The notes under the pieces: model-generated
The model's input: the letters and a program-made list of their open reading frames with translations, nothing else
Databases searched by the model: none
What the model was told of the DNA's origin: nothing
Source of the DNA: Candidatus Poriferihabitaceae bacterium
Lineage (GTDB): Bacteria > Pseudomonadota > Gammaproteobacteria > Arenicellales > Poriferihabitantaceae
Reading direction: 5' to 3'
NCBI GenBank assembly: GCA_965203265.1
Contig: CBDBBV010000002.1
Span: forward strand, 2,072,207-2,136,206
Length of the DNA: 64,000 bases
Position numbers and translations under genes: made by a program
Shown here: in pieces, positions 50,899 through 60,485 of the stretch
Numbering within the stretch: position 1 is the first letter of the stretch
How the letters are laid out: each line of letters opens with the position of its first letter

Positions 50899-51167
50899 GT
50901 TTACTCGTGATAAATGGCTTAACCACGAACTAACCGCCTGAGAAGGCCATTGAGAGCCCTTGGAGGCCCTTTCACGGGCAGAAATTGGGAAATTTTGTGG
51001 GATGAGGGCGTTTTTTCGGGGTTTCACGCCACGGTAGAAACGGGCGGATCGCCCCGCCTACCATAAAATTTACAAAAAATGTACGGGAAATATGCGGAAT
51101 TTCGGTGTTTTTTATTACAATTTGTTAATGTTTTTATTCTTGATTAAGCCATTTATCACGAACAAAC
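50899..51167. repeat. 31-bp inverted repeats flanking a 207-bp non-coding segment
   Basis: 50899-50929 versus reverse complement of 51137-51167: 27/31, with an 18-bp perfect core tcgtgataaatggcttaa. Confidence 0.9.
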
Positions 51168-51601
51168 CACCAACCATCCACCTCCCAAATCCCACGGAAA
51201 ATGCCAGCGAAACGTGCCGTCCGCCCCCGCCAAGTCAGCCAATACGAGACAACTTCAACAGTTTCTTCAAATCCCTGAACAACAACCGCAGATCGAGTTC
51301 CCCCGGCAACACCATCATCACATTGCCGAGCGGATCGACCCACACCGCATCCCCCTCCCCGATTCGCCCACGCACAGGGGCGTCAGTTGTCCCACCAAGC
51401 CGGTGCCGTCAGTTGTCCCGCCCCTACCGCGAGCCAACCCACCACCGAAAACCATCCGAAGTCCCATACCGACATCTTCCCGGGGGTTGACAGATAGACG
51501 AGGAAGGCATTATGTTTTGTGGCGTGTCGATTGTGGCTATTTGTCTTGTTATCCATGATAGGCACAATCACCTAAAACCCGAATTGGATTGGAGGCTGGA
51601 T

Positions 51602-51886
51602 ATGGCCATGCACGCAGTTGTTCTCGTGAAGCCCGACACCGAAGTGGCGCAACGGATTGCAGAGAATTACCCGGAACACTATTCACTCAGCGACACCTGC
51701 TTTATCGCGCATACCGAGGATGTAACCCACACGGTTGCCGAAAAAGTGGATGTCAAGCAGTACGCCGAAAGCAACGAGGTGGCCGGCCTTGTGTTCGGAT
51801 TGAACCGCGCCCGTACCGGTCTGGCCATGCCCGACTTCTGGGAATGGTTCGCACAACTGGACGCCCGGGACGCCGCGAATCTATGA
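51602..51886 (+). CDS. Small hypothetical protein
   Basis: RBS ggagg; upstream TTGACA-N18-TATGTT at 51487. Confidence 0.6.
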   Translation: MAMHAVVLVKPDTEVAQRIAENYPEHYSLSDTCFIAHTEDVTHTVAEKVDVKQYAESNEVAGLVFGLNRARTGLAMPDFWEWFAQLDARDAANL

Positions 51887-52128
51887 TGAATGCGAATCTG
51901 ACCCAACAATCCGTGCCCGTGTGGCTGGGTGGTCTCGGCGGTATGGGTGTTGTAGCCGGTATCGCAATTCTCATGGCTCGGTTATTCATCACCTGAAGCG
52001 CCTTCCCGGCGGTGCATCGCGGGAAAGCGCCCGCCGCCCGCAGTGCGGATGTACCGGCATCGTACACTCGATTGCATCGCAATCCGGCCAATACTAGAAT
52101 GACGCATCCAATTTGATCGGAGTGCACA

Positions 52129-53271
52129 GTGATTGATTCCCCAACCTTCGCCCATCTCAGAGAAGCCATCGCCGACTGCATCGATACCGACCGGAGCACG
52201 CTCGACCAACTTCGGCAGGAGATTCGGCCTTTGCGCGGGGCGGTTCATCCGATTCGGCCTCGTGCGACCACATCGATTTCCATCGTGGGTGCCGATGGCG
52301 GGAATAATCAGATTCGCTTCGATCCATTCCTCATTCAACTGGTTCGGGTGGTGGACAGCAGCAACAACGAATACTGTTTGGAAGCCGTTTCCCCGACTAC
52401 GCCGATCGAGAAACTCGATGCGAGACAATTCTCGCGGGACGGCACTCCGATTACGGCGCTTGGCGAGATGATGTCCTTCCTCGGCGTTACAACATTGACG
52501 GCGCTTTCCAACATGATTCGACCGAATCCGCTCGGTAAACCGGTTTCGCCTACATGGGTGCGGGTCTATCGAGAACTGGTGGAATGGGCTACGCTCTTTT
52601 CGATTCTCAAGAAGGATTTCGGTACCGATACATTGATCGTGTATGACGGCTTGTTGCGCAGTGTGGTTTTTTCCACGGGCTTGTTTCAGCGCCTGCTCAG
52701 AGGCATGAAGGAGCGAATAGTCGAGCAATGGGAAAGGAGTCGCCGCCGCATCTATCTGGCCGGCTTGGCAAAAAATAGCAAGGTGCTCACGCGATACCGA
52801 TTGGCAATGTCTCTCGAAGGAGTTCTCCAGACCGACTATCCGGCTTTCGTGGAAGTGGATCGCGAAATTGAGGAACGGGCATATATAAGGCCGGAATTCG
52901 CCCGTGGTGAAGAACTTGTCGCCGAAGACGCGGACGTCGACAAATTCGCCGGTGGAAAAATGTTTCTCGCGAAATTCGGGCGGCGCCGACACGATCCGAT
53001 TTGGCCGGTCGATATTTTCCTGCCGCAACGGAAGCGGGCGCAAACCATCTTGGGATCGATTCTCGCGGACACGGTCAACGGGTTTCCGGTGCCGCATTAT
53101 CCGAGTTGCCTGCAAAAGGCGCATGAGAACGCCGCGCTCGTAGACTTCGATTTCGATGTTCTCCAAGACTACATATTCGACGGTTTCAGGGCAAGCCTCA
53201 AACACGAGGCGGCAACACTCGATGTTTTTCAGCTGCAGGACGCCGACCCCACCCAAAGACGATACGAATAA
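52129..53271 (+). CDS. NurA-domain nuclease
   Basis: VGADGG, YRELVEW, IVYDGLL, AGLAKNS, GFP.PHYP..LQKAHE; coupled to HerA. Confidence 0.8.
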   Translation: MIDSPTFAHLREAIADCIDTDRSTLDQLRQEIRPLRGAVHPIRPRATTSISIVGADGGNNQIRFDPFLIQLVRVVDSSNNEYCLEAVSPTTPIEKLDARQFSRDGTPITALGEMMSFLGVTTLTALSNMIRPNPLGKPVSPTWVRVYRELVEWATLFSILKKDFGTDTLIVYDGLLRSVVFSTGLFQRLLRGMKERIVEQWERSRRRIYLAGLAKNSKVLTRYRLAMSLEGVLQTDYPAFVEVDREIEERAYIRPEFARGEELVAEDADVDKFAGGKMFLAKFGRRRHDPIWPVDIFLPQRKRAQTILGSILADTVNGFPVPHYPSCLQKAHENAALVDFDFDVLQDYIFDGFRASLKHEAATLDVFQLQDADPTQRRYE

Positions 53272-53280
53272 GCCTCCACC

Positions 53281-55371
53281 ATGACGGAACCTATTCAGCT
53301 GTTCCCGCCGGACAAGGTGGTCGGGATATTCCGTGGCTTCCAACACGGCGGCCTCGAATTCCACGCCGACTTGGCGCTTCCGTATCGCAACGAATTTCAG
53401 AACATACCGATGCACGGGCAGTTCCTGTTGGTGCAGCTCGAATCGCCGGACGAAGCAGTGCTCGGTCGCATCACTTCCTTCTCTTCCGAAGGCAAACTCT
53501 CGTTCGGTTCCGGCGAAGAATTCAACATTCGCGCGATGCAAGAGGATCGCGCCATTCCCGAAGATCTGCGCGAACAATATCTGAAGTATCGAGTCAACAT
53601 CCGCGTGCTCGGCGTGCTGCGCAACAACGGCGCCGATCTCACTTTTGTCCCTTCGCATCGGCGTCTTCCCCATGTCGGCAGCCGAGTCGCATTCCCCTCG
53701 AGCGCCGTGCTGAGCGAGATTTCCGGGCATAACTCCAACGGCGCGCCGATCGGCCATCTGGCGTTCGGCGAATACATATACGCTTCGGGGAACGACGATT
53801 TCGAACAGCAGGATTGGATGCAGATTGCGGAGCCGGAAATTCTGGTCAAGTTCCCGCTGGAATCTCTGGTTTCGCGGCGCAGTTTCGTGTTTGCCCGCGC
53901 CGGTTTCGGCAAGTCGAACCTGAACAAACTGTTGTTCAGCAAACTCTATGCGAAGACGACTTTTGTGGAAAAACGTGGTGGCCGAAAGGTGCCGGTCGGC
54001 ACGGTGATTTTCGATCCGGACGGCGAGTATTTTTGGCCGGATGATAAGGGGCGGCCGGGGTTATGCGATGTGCCTGCGCTCGAAGACAAGTTGGTGGTGT
54101 TCACGGGGCGATCGAATCCGAGTCGGTTCTATCAATCTTTCGTCGCCGGCGGCATCAAACTGGATATTCGGCGTCTCCAACCAAGCGATGTGATCGCCAT
54201 CGCATTGAGCCCCGAACGGCAAGAGCAACAGAACGTGCGAAAACTACGCGGCATGCCGCAAGATCGATGGGAGACGCTGGTAAATCTGATCGATGAGGGC
54301 GGAAACAATGCGCCGATCAAGGAAGTGTGTCAACTGCTCGACCTAAACCCGAAAATCCAAGAAGTCGAGGCACTAGCCGCACGCGGCAATATGACCACGA
54401 TCGTTCGCATGTTGCACGACAAGAGCAGCCAACTCATGGATATGCTCATCCATTCGCTGTCAAAGGGAAAACTCTGCGTGGTCGATGTATCCCAAATGCG
54501 CGGCGGCCAATCGCTGATTTTGTCGGGACTGATCCTTCGCAGGATATTCGACCGCAACCAAAATGAATTCACAAAGAAAGAACCGAAAACAATTCCCACA
54601 ATAGCAGTCATAGAAGAAGCCCAATCAGTTCTCAACACCGGCGCAGCCGCAGCCGATCCATACATAGCCTGGGTAAAGGAAGGAAGAAAATACGACCTCG
54701 GCGCGTTGCTGATCACCCAACAACCCGGCAGTATCCCAGTAGAAATCCTAAGCCAAGGCGACAACTGGTTCATCTTCCACCTACTTTCATCATCCGACCT
54801 AATCTCCCTCAAACGAGCAAACTCCCATTTCAGCGACGACTTACTGAGCTCCCTGCTAAACGAACCGATTCCGGGCCAGGGCGTGTTCTGGAGTTCGGTA
54901 GGGGGGAAACCTTATCCGGTGAGCATTCGGGTGCTTTCGTTCGAGCGTCTTTATTCCATGCGAGATAGCAATTACAACTTGCCCGCTGGAAACACATTTG
55001 CGAATAGTTTGCGCCGCACTGTTGGACGACAAGCGATGGCCGACAGGACGCAATCTCCTAACGTCGAGATAACATCGGATCAGGAGGAGCAGGAACCGAT
55101 CGACTTCAAATCCGAATTCGAATCTGTAGCCATTGCCGCACTGCGATCCAACACACAGCTGATGAACAAACTGAAGTCACCGAACGGATATGCGTGGGGT
55201 TACTTGATTGCGTTTTTCCTAAAGAACCTGCCACAACATCTGGACAACGAGGGAGATCTCGCCCATCAACTCGTGCCAAAGGCCATGTGCGATATTTTCG
55301 GCGCTCAAAACAAGGGATGGGAGTCATTCAAGGACGCGAAGGGAACAACGTGTATCCGCAAGAAGGGGTAA
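53281..55371 (+). CDS. HerA/FtsK-like ATPase (DUF87)
   Basis: ARAGFGKS Walker A, IFDPDGEY, VIEEAQ, KEGRKY.LG...ITQQP. Confidence 0.88.
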   Translation: MTEPIQLFPPDKVVGIFRGFQHGGLEFHADLALPYRNEFQNIPMHGQFLLVQLESPDEAVLGRITSFSSEGKLSFGSGEEFNIRAMQEDRAIPEDLREQYLKYRVNIRVLGVLRNNGADLTFVPSHRRLPHVGSRVAFPSSAVLSEISGHNSNGAPIGHLAFGEYIYASGNDDFEQQDWMQIAEPEILVKFPLESLVSRRSFVFARAGFGKSNLNKLLFSKLYAKTTFVEKRGGRKVPVGTVIFDPDGEYFWPDDKGRPGLCDVPALEDKLVVFTGRSNPSRFYQSFVAGGIKLDIRRLQPSDVIAIALSPERQEQQNVRKLRGMPQDRWETLVNLIDEGGNNAPIKEVCQLLDLNPKIQEVEALAARGNMTTIVRMLHDKSSQLMDMLIHSLSKGKLCVVDVSQMRGGQSLILSGLILRRIFDRNQNEFTKKEPKTIPTIAVIEEAQSVLNTGAAAADPYIAWVKEGRKYDLGALLITQQPGSIPVEILSQGDNWFIFHLLSSSDLISLKRANSHFSDDLLSSLLNEPIPGQGVFWSSVGGKPYPVSIRVLSFERLYSMRDSNYNLPAGNTFANSLRRTVGRQAMADRTQSPNVEITSDQEEQEPIDFKSEFESVAIAALRSNTQLMNKLKSPNGYAWGYLIAFFLKNLPQHLDNEGDLAHQLVPKAMCDIFGAQNKGWESFKDAKGTTCIRKKG

Positions 55372-55432
55372 TAGAATATGGCCATATTCCACGGTGTTTC
55401 CCTCGAATTTTTATACCGAATACTTTAATTAG

Positions 55433-58066
55433 TCAGCGGATTTTTTGTTGACGACCACTGATGTCATCTATCCATTCTTTCAATGCAGTAATCTCTTTTT
55501 GAATATCTGTCGGCTTCGGTAGTGGTGAATTTAGGTGACTAGCAGTACTATGCAGTAATATTGCGCAACGGCCGTAAGCATCTCGCATCTTATCGCAATC
55601 TTCAATTTTTAGCACAGTAACTTTGACAAGTCCTGTTGTATCAACCTTGTTGGAAAAGCGATTTAATACAGGTTCAACAGCTTCTTCAACGGCACACTCC
55701 CATGTGCGGCGCAGCTGATTACACAATGAATCGACAGTATTTACCCACTTATCCCGTTTTCCTTTTTCGTAAGCATATTTCTCTTTGTTGAGCCGATTCT
55801 GTATGCTTTGAATAGCATCTTTTGCAGATTGAGCATTGAGAGGTAAATTTTTCTGGACAAAACCAGCATAGTCGTCATTTCGACTCACACTACAACAAGC
55901 CAAATTCACGCTCTTGCTACGGCATGCTTGTTGGAGAAGAGAAAGAAACGCAATATCATGTGTAAGTACGATTACTTGTCGGCATTGCGCCTCTTCTGCA
56001 AGCCTGTTGGCTACCGCCTTGCGGTTCAGGTGGTCAAGTGATGAAATGGGATCGTCAAATACGATTGCCGAACGGCTATCTGCCGTGATGAGCTCGGCCA
56101 AAAAAGCAGCCAATGCAACACATCGGTGTTCTCCTTCGCTGAGGATTTTCCCAGCAGATTGTTCTGGCTTTTGAATCAGGCTGACCCGGAAACGTGGAAC
56201 ACCGTAGCTCGAAGTTTCCTTGCGTAACTCCACTTTCAATCCAGAGATACCCATTTTTTGTACTTCTTCCGAAAATTGTGTTTGGAGAGCGCGGGTAACA
56301 AGATTTTTGGCGATCTCGCTACTCTTTTTCGTAATCCGGTGCGTAGCGGTATCATCGATCGATTCTTGTAGCATACCCAGCTTCTTTAGACGTTTAATTT
56401 CACGGAAAACATCATCTTTCACATTATTCAGCCATTCGCGATCTTCCATCTCAGCAAGTTGGCTTTTCATTTTCTTACGTTCTTCGGATTCTCCACTCGC
56501 ACGAAGCGCGGTGATTCGTTCCGACAGATTGTTTGTGTGCGTGATGAAAGCCTCGGTGGGCCAAGAAGCAACCTCGGGGTAACGAACATTTTCGCCACAT
56601 GTATGTTTTTGACGAATGGCTCGCAATCGCCATTTGGCCATTAAAACCGCCTGCCGAACCGATTTTTCCAGTGCGACGTCATCCAACTCGTTGTGTATCA
56701 GTTTAATCATCTCCTCCATATCTGAAAGTGAAATATCTTTATCGACTAGCGCGTCATATGCATTACGATATGCCATTGCCGCGACGTCTTCCCTGCGTTT
56801 GGTTTCGTCTTTCACGAAGTGGTCGAAACGCCTGAGGCGATCAACCGCATCTTGACTCAGTTCTTGCTGGCATAGGACACAGCGGGCAGCATTATCTGTA
56901 AATGGAAAAGGTGTATCCGGATAGGCATATTGTTCGGAATAGTGCCGCGCTGCGTCCCATAGTTTGCGCCATACCTCCGAACCAATCTCCGGCAAGGGAT
57001 CGTTGGTGAATATGTTTTTGGCAGCTGCAGCGGCGGCTTCTTTCGCTGATGTATAGTCTTGATGTAATGCTACGAGATGTTTGATTTGTTTTTCTTCCAA
57101 TATGTTCCGCAATTCCTCAAATTTTGCATAAAAATCATTCATTTTTTTCTTCAGCACATCAAGTTTATTTGCCGTCTTATCAGGATCGGATTTGAGGTCG
57201 TTTCTGAGATTATCGAGCCGAGACTTTCCCTCACCATCCATCGTCGCTAGTCGGAGAACATCCTGCTTATTCGTGTTTCCATTTAGCCCTTGAATAAGTT
57301 TACCGACTCTCGTTTCAGTAGAGCATCTCTGATTTGTGATTGCGCTCGGTTTCTGTCCATCCAGATTTTCGATTTCTGCATTGATATGTTCCTTGATCGT
57401 TCGGCAAGTTTCGGCGAGTTTTTCCAACACCTGCATCGGGAAAGGCGTATAAGCAACATCATTTTTTCCATCGACATGAATGCTAGCCGTGTGACTGTCG
57501 AAAACGCTGATTGAGGAAAGACGCGGATCGATCGCTTGGTCTGACCAGTTATGTGTATCGTTTTGCCCGCCGGCAGTAAACTTGATAACAGCCCGTGGCG
57601 GTCCGGGATTCGTTGAGTAGATATTTGGCAATATCGTTTCTTCTTTTGGTGGCACGCGCGCCCGGCAGGCTTTCTTCAAAATGCGTACATAGCCAGATTT
57701 TCCAGAGCCGTTGTCGCCGTATACGGCTGTCAGTCCTGTCTTGCAAAAGCTAAGATGTTCGCCTTTCGGCAACGCATTGACATTCTCAATATCACGGATG
57801 GCGAGAAGATTGACCACCGTCGCAGCAGATTCAGGATTGTGGATATGTTCCGCAGAAAGGGGTTCTCCTTCCCCCTTGTTCTTGCACAGAATCGTCAGCT
57901 CGTCCAAGTCGGTGTCGTTTAGTTCACTTTTCGCGCAAAGACGGCGTAATGCATCGCGCTGCCACCCTGGACAATCCGCAGACCATGTAAGAATATCCTG
58001 CATGGCTGTGGCTACACTGTTGGTGCGCCGTGAATTTTGATCAGTCGTTTCGTTAGGGTTAACCAT
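55433..58066 (-). CDS. RloC/AAA_13-like ABC ATPase with zinc hook and possible C-terminal HEPN
   Basis: GDNGSGKS, CVLC, LSEGE, FDDPISSLD, LTHD; C-terminal RCAILLH. Confidence 0.8.
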   Translation of the reverse strand: MVNPNETTDQNSRRTNSVATAMQDILTWSADCPGWQRDALRRLCAKSELNDTDLDELTILCKNKGEGEPLSAEHIHNPESAATVVNLLAIRDIENVNALPKGEHLSFCKTGLTAVYGDNGSGKSGYVRILKKACRARVPPKEETILPNIYSTNPGPPRAVIKFTAGGQNDTHNWSDQAIDPRLSSISVFDSHTASIHVDGKNDVAYTPFPMQVLEKLAETCRTIKEHINAEIENLDGQKPSAITNQRCSTETRVGKLIQGLNGNTNKQDVLRLATMDGEGKSRLDNLRNDLKSDPDKTANKLDVLKKKMNDFYAKFEELRNILEEKQIKHLVALHQDYTSAKEAAAAAAKNIFTNDPLPEIGSEVWRKLWDAARHYSEQYAYPDTPFPFTDNAARCVLCQQELSQDAVDRLRRFDHFVKDETKRREDVAAMAYRNAYDALVDKDISLSDMEEMIKLIHNELDDVALEKSVRQAVLMAKWRLRAIRQKHTCGENVRYPEVASWPTEAFITHTNNLSERITALRASGESEERKKMKSQLAEMEDREWLNNVKDDVFREIKRLKKLGMLQESIDDTATHRITKKSSEIAKNLVTRALQTQFSEEVQKMGISGLKVELRKETSSYGVPRFRVSLIQKPEQSAGKILSEGEHRCVALAAFLAELITADSRSAIVFDDPISSLDHLNRKAVANRLAEEAQCRQVIVLTHDIAFLSLLQQACRSKSVNLACCSVSRNDDYAGFVQKNLPLNAQSAKDAIQSIQNRLNKEKYAYEKGKRDKWVNTVDSLCNQLRRTWECAVEEAVEPVLNRFSNKVDTTGLVKVTVLKIEDCDKMRDAYGRCAILLHSTASHLNSPLPKPTDIQKEITALKEWIDDISGRQQKIR

Positions 58067-58098
58067 CTGAATGTTTCTCAGTATCGCGAAAATCTGGT

Positions 58099-58596
58099 TT
58101 ATGTAAGTGATTTCAATCGCGCCGAGATTTCATCCTGAGGAAGAAATACCGTTTCGTCGCGTTGCCAGATGTTGAGCGCTTGCACTAGCCTTGATTTCTC
58201 GCAAACCCCTGTAACGTTGAGTTGGTCAATAACCCAAAGAACGCCGTGTACGCATAAGCAATTTTGGTTGGCTACCTTGCGCAGGAGAGCATCGCCAGTC
58301 AGCAAGATGCCGGAGTGACTTCGGGCAGAGACAATACAAAAACAGTCATTGATAGAGAGTCCGAGATGCCGTTTTTTGATCTGGCTAGCCTGACCAACCT
58401 CGTCGGGATTCAGATCGTAAATGATCATCCCGGCATCGCACAGAATTTGCCATTGGTGCTTGGATAGATCCTGAACTTCAGCGCGCACAGGCAGTGGCAC
58501 CACGAATTTATAGGGCAATTCGCAAAGCACGTTCAATAGACCACCCTTGCGTAGATCGATCAGGCAGGAAGCATCGTTGACGATTACGGATGTCAC
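58099..58596 (-). CDS. PIN-domain protein
   Basis: IVNDASCLIDL, LSINDC, LLTGD..LR, HGVLW. Confidence 0.85.
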   Translation of the reverse strand: MTSVIVNDASCLIDLRKGGLLNVLCELPYKFVVPLPVRAEVQDLSKHQWQILCDAGMIIYDLNPDEVGQASQIKKRHLGLSINDCFCIVSARSHSGILLTGDALLRKVANQNCLCVHGVLWVIDQLNVTGVCEKSRLVQALNIWQRDETVFLPQDEISARLKSLT

Positions 58597-59672
58597 TGGA
58601 TTTTCGAACCGCTTATCTGGTGCTCGACTTCGCCGAGTGGCTGATTGAGAAGTGCCGCCGCACGCACAGGAGAAATCAGCTCCTCGGCCACTGCACGCAA
58701 GACGAGCAATTTGAAACGACGAGGCTTTTCAAAGGCTGCGAATCCTTGATTCTCGCCGATTGGATCAGGTTCCGATTTGCGCCAAGAGCGGGCGAAGGTC
58801 ATGAAAGCGTGCTTGACGGTCGACGCAGACAACACGCCAACCTGACCAAGACGCATCAATATGACTGACGCCGAAACTCCGTACATGTGCTTCAGGCGCA
58901 TGATCTCGTAATACGTAATCCGATGGCGGTCGATGCCCACCTCGTCCTGTAAATGTTGGCCGGGAACGAGCAATGCACCGGCGAAGCGGTTCATCGCCGC
59001 TTCCAATTTGATCGCCGGGTTGCCGGTAGAATGAATGATTTTGTGGGCGAGTTCGTGGGCGAGCGTGAAGCGTTTGCGCTCGACATTGATCCGGCTGGAC
59101 ACCATGACGGTCTCGGCGACGATCTTGCCGTCCCGCAGAGCGTGACACGAAAGGCCATTGATGCTTTTGGGGAGTTCGGCTTCGACCACCTTGATGCCCT
59201 TGTCCTCGAGCAGATTGCACAGGCTGGGAATGGGGTCCAGACCGAGATTCCAAGCCTTACGAAGGGCATCCGCCCTCTCGTCGATCTGGATTTCGCTCGC
59301 GACGCTATCGTAACGGCGCTTCTCGACCCAACCTACATCGGCCGGCAGGTTGAGGATGTGCTCGATGGCCAGATAACGCTCCAGATTGTCTATCAGGATT
59401 GCTTCGGCCTTGGCGCGGTCGCGGGCGGAAGTGCCGGAATGCTTGCGGAACTCCACGCCGTCAAGTTCCTCGACCTGCCCGCTCATAAGGAAATCCAGCG
59501 AGACACCGAGCGCCTTGCCGAGCCCGACCAGCACGGCGGAAGACGGGAGCATTTTGCCCGCCTCGTACTTGCTGATCGCCTGCGCGGTCACCTTCGGAGT
59601 CACCGCGGCGGCGAGCGCCCGCATGGATAGCCCTGCCCGTTTGCGGGCGAGCCGGAGTCGTTGTCCAAACAT
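58593..59672 (-). CDS. XRE HTH fused to ImmA/IrrE metallopeptidase
   Basis: FGQRLRLAR..AISKYE HTH; RKRFTLAHELAH; E.AMNRFAGALL.P. Confidence 0.92.
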   Translation of the reverse strand: MFGQRLRLARKRAGLSMRALAAAVTPKVTAQAISKYEAGKMLPSSAVLVGLGKALGVSLDFLMSGQVEELDGVEFRKHSGTSARDRAKAEAILIDNLERYLAIEHILNLPADVGWVEKRRYDSVASEIQIDERADALRKAWNLGLDPIPSLCNLLEDKGIKVVEAELPKSINGLSCHALRDGKIVAETVMVSSRINVERKRFTLAHELAHKIIHSTGNPAIKLEAAMNRFAGALLVPGQHLQDEVGIDRHRITYYEIMRLKHMYGVSASVILMRLGQVGVLSASTVKHAFMTFARSWRKSEPDPIGENQGFAAFEKPRRFKLLVLRAVAEELISPVRAAALLNQPLGEVEHQISGSKIQ

Positions 59673-59700
59673 AATAAATTCCCGATTGCTATTTACCCAG

Positions 59701-59738
59701 GGTTGACATTCTATGTTTTTTGTAGGATATTGTAAACC
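59701..59738. promoter_or_regulatory. Divergent promoter with putative operator half-sites
   Basis: ggttgaca (contains the -35 TTGACA) and tgtaaacc are near-inverted copies. Confidence 0.5.
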
Positions 59739-59826
59739 TCTAGTTGGCACTATTTCTTCATGCCCATCACCGGTGGGCGTGCACGCGCAATAGCGCCGAA
59801 AAATTCACAGACCAGAGGAGACCGAT

Positions 59827-60069
59827 ATGGCCAAATTTGAATTCAAAATAAACGGAGAAACCTTCTTCTCCGACCAGCAAACCGTTGACGCCGCAGTGTT
59901 GCTAAAAATTGCGTTCGACGGCAAGGCGATTGGCGAGGACCCGGACAAAATCGGGTACGTGCTGATAGTACCGGACTCGAATGAAACCTTCGTTTCCGGG
60001 GTAGTAGTCGATCTCGACCAGTACAACGTGTTTCGCGCCGCCCCGGACAAGGGTGCACCGTTCGCATGA
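59827..60069 (+). CDS. Putative ubiquitin-like (multiubiquitin-type beta-grasp) protein
   Basis: FKING...V....LL..A...Y.L.......VDL...F pattern; Gly four residues before the C-terminus; RBS gaggag; operon context. Confidence 0.65.
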   Translation: MAKFEFKINGETFFSDQQTVDAAVLLKIAFDGKAIGEDPDKIGYVLIVPDSNETFVSGVVVDLDQYNVFRAAPDKGAPFA

Positions 60070-60485
60070 GCAAGAGCTCCGAGCGCATCGCCGCCGAACT
60101 CGGCAAACTAGGTTACCGGACGAAATCATTCACCGCACCTCCGCAACAGGGTTGCGGCGACGGTGTCCGCTTTACATACCGAATCGAGGACGGCAGTCGC
60201 GCCGGAGAGAGCGTAACCTTTGCCGTCGCAATGCGCGAGAACGAGGGCGTATGGCCCGAAGTGGCGCCGCACTGGATTTATCTCGCGCCCCCGGACATTG
60301 ATCTGGCAGAGCTCGTGAGGGAGTCGAATGGGGCAGTTGATATCTATACGGACGCAGATGGCCTCGACTGGATGGCGATCAGCGCTCCGCCGAGCGACTT
60401 CTGGGATCAAATCGATACGCCTGATGGCAAAAACATGCAAATTTACTTGGACAAGCACATCCGCAGAATCTGGAGAATGCGTTGA
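60066..60485 (+). CDS. Putative prokaryotic E2/UBC-like protein
   Basis: WP..APHWI and W.A.S.PP..W pattern; lies between the Ubl and JAB-E1 genes. Confidence 0.6.
   Translation: MSKSSERIAAELGKLGYRTKSFTAPPQQGCGDGVRFTYRIEDGSRAGESVTFAVAMRENEGVWPEVAPHWIYLAPPDIDLAELVRESNGAVDIYTDADGLDWMAISAPPSDFWDQIDTPDGKNMQIYLDKHIRRIWRMR

Noticed and set aside
51982-53757. 591-aa minus-strand ORF
   Set aside because: Antisense shadow of nurA-herA with no recognisable motifs.
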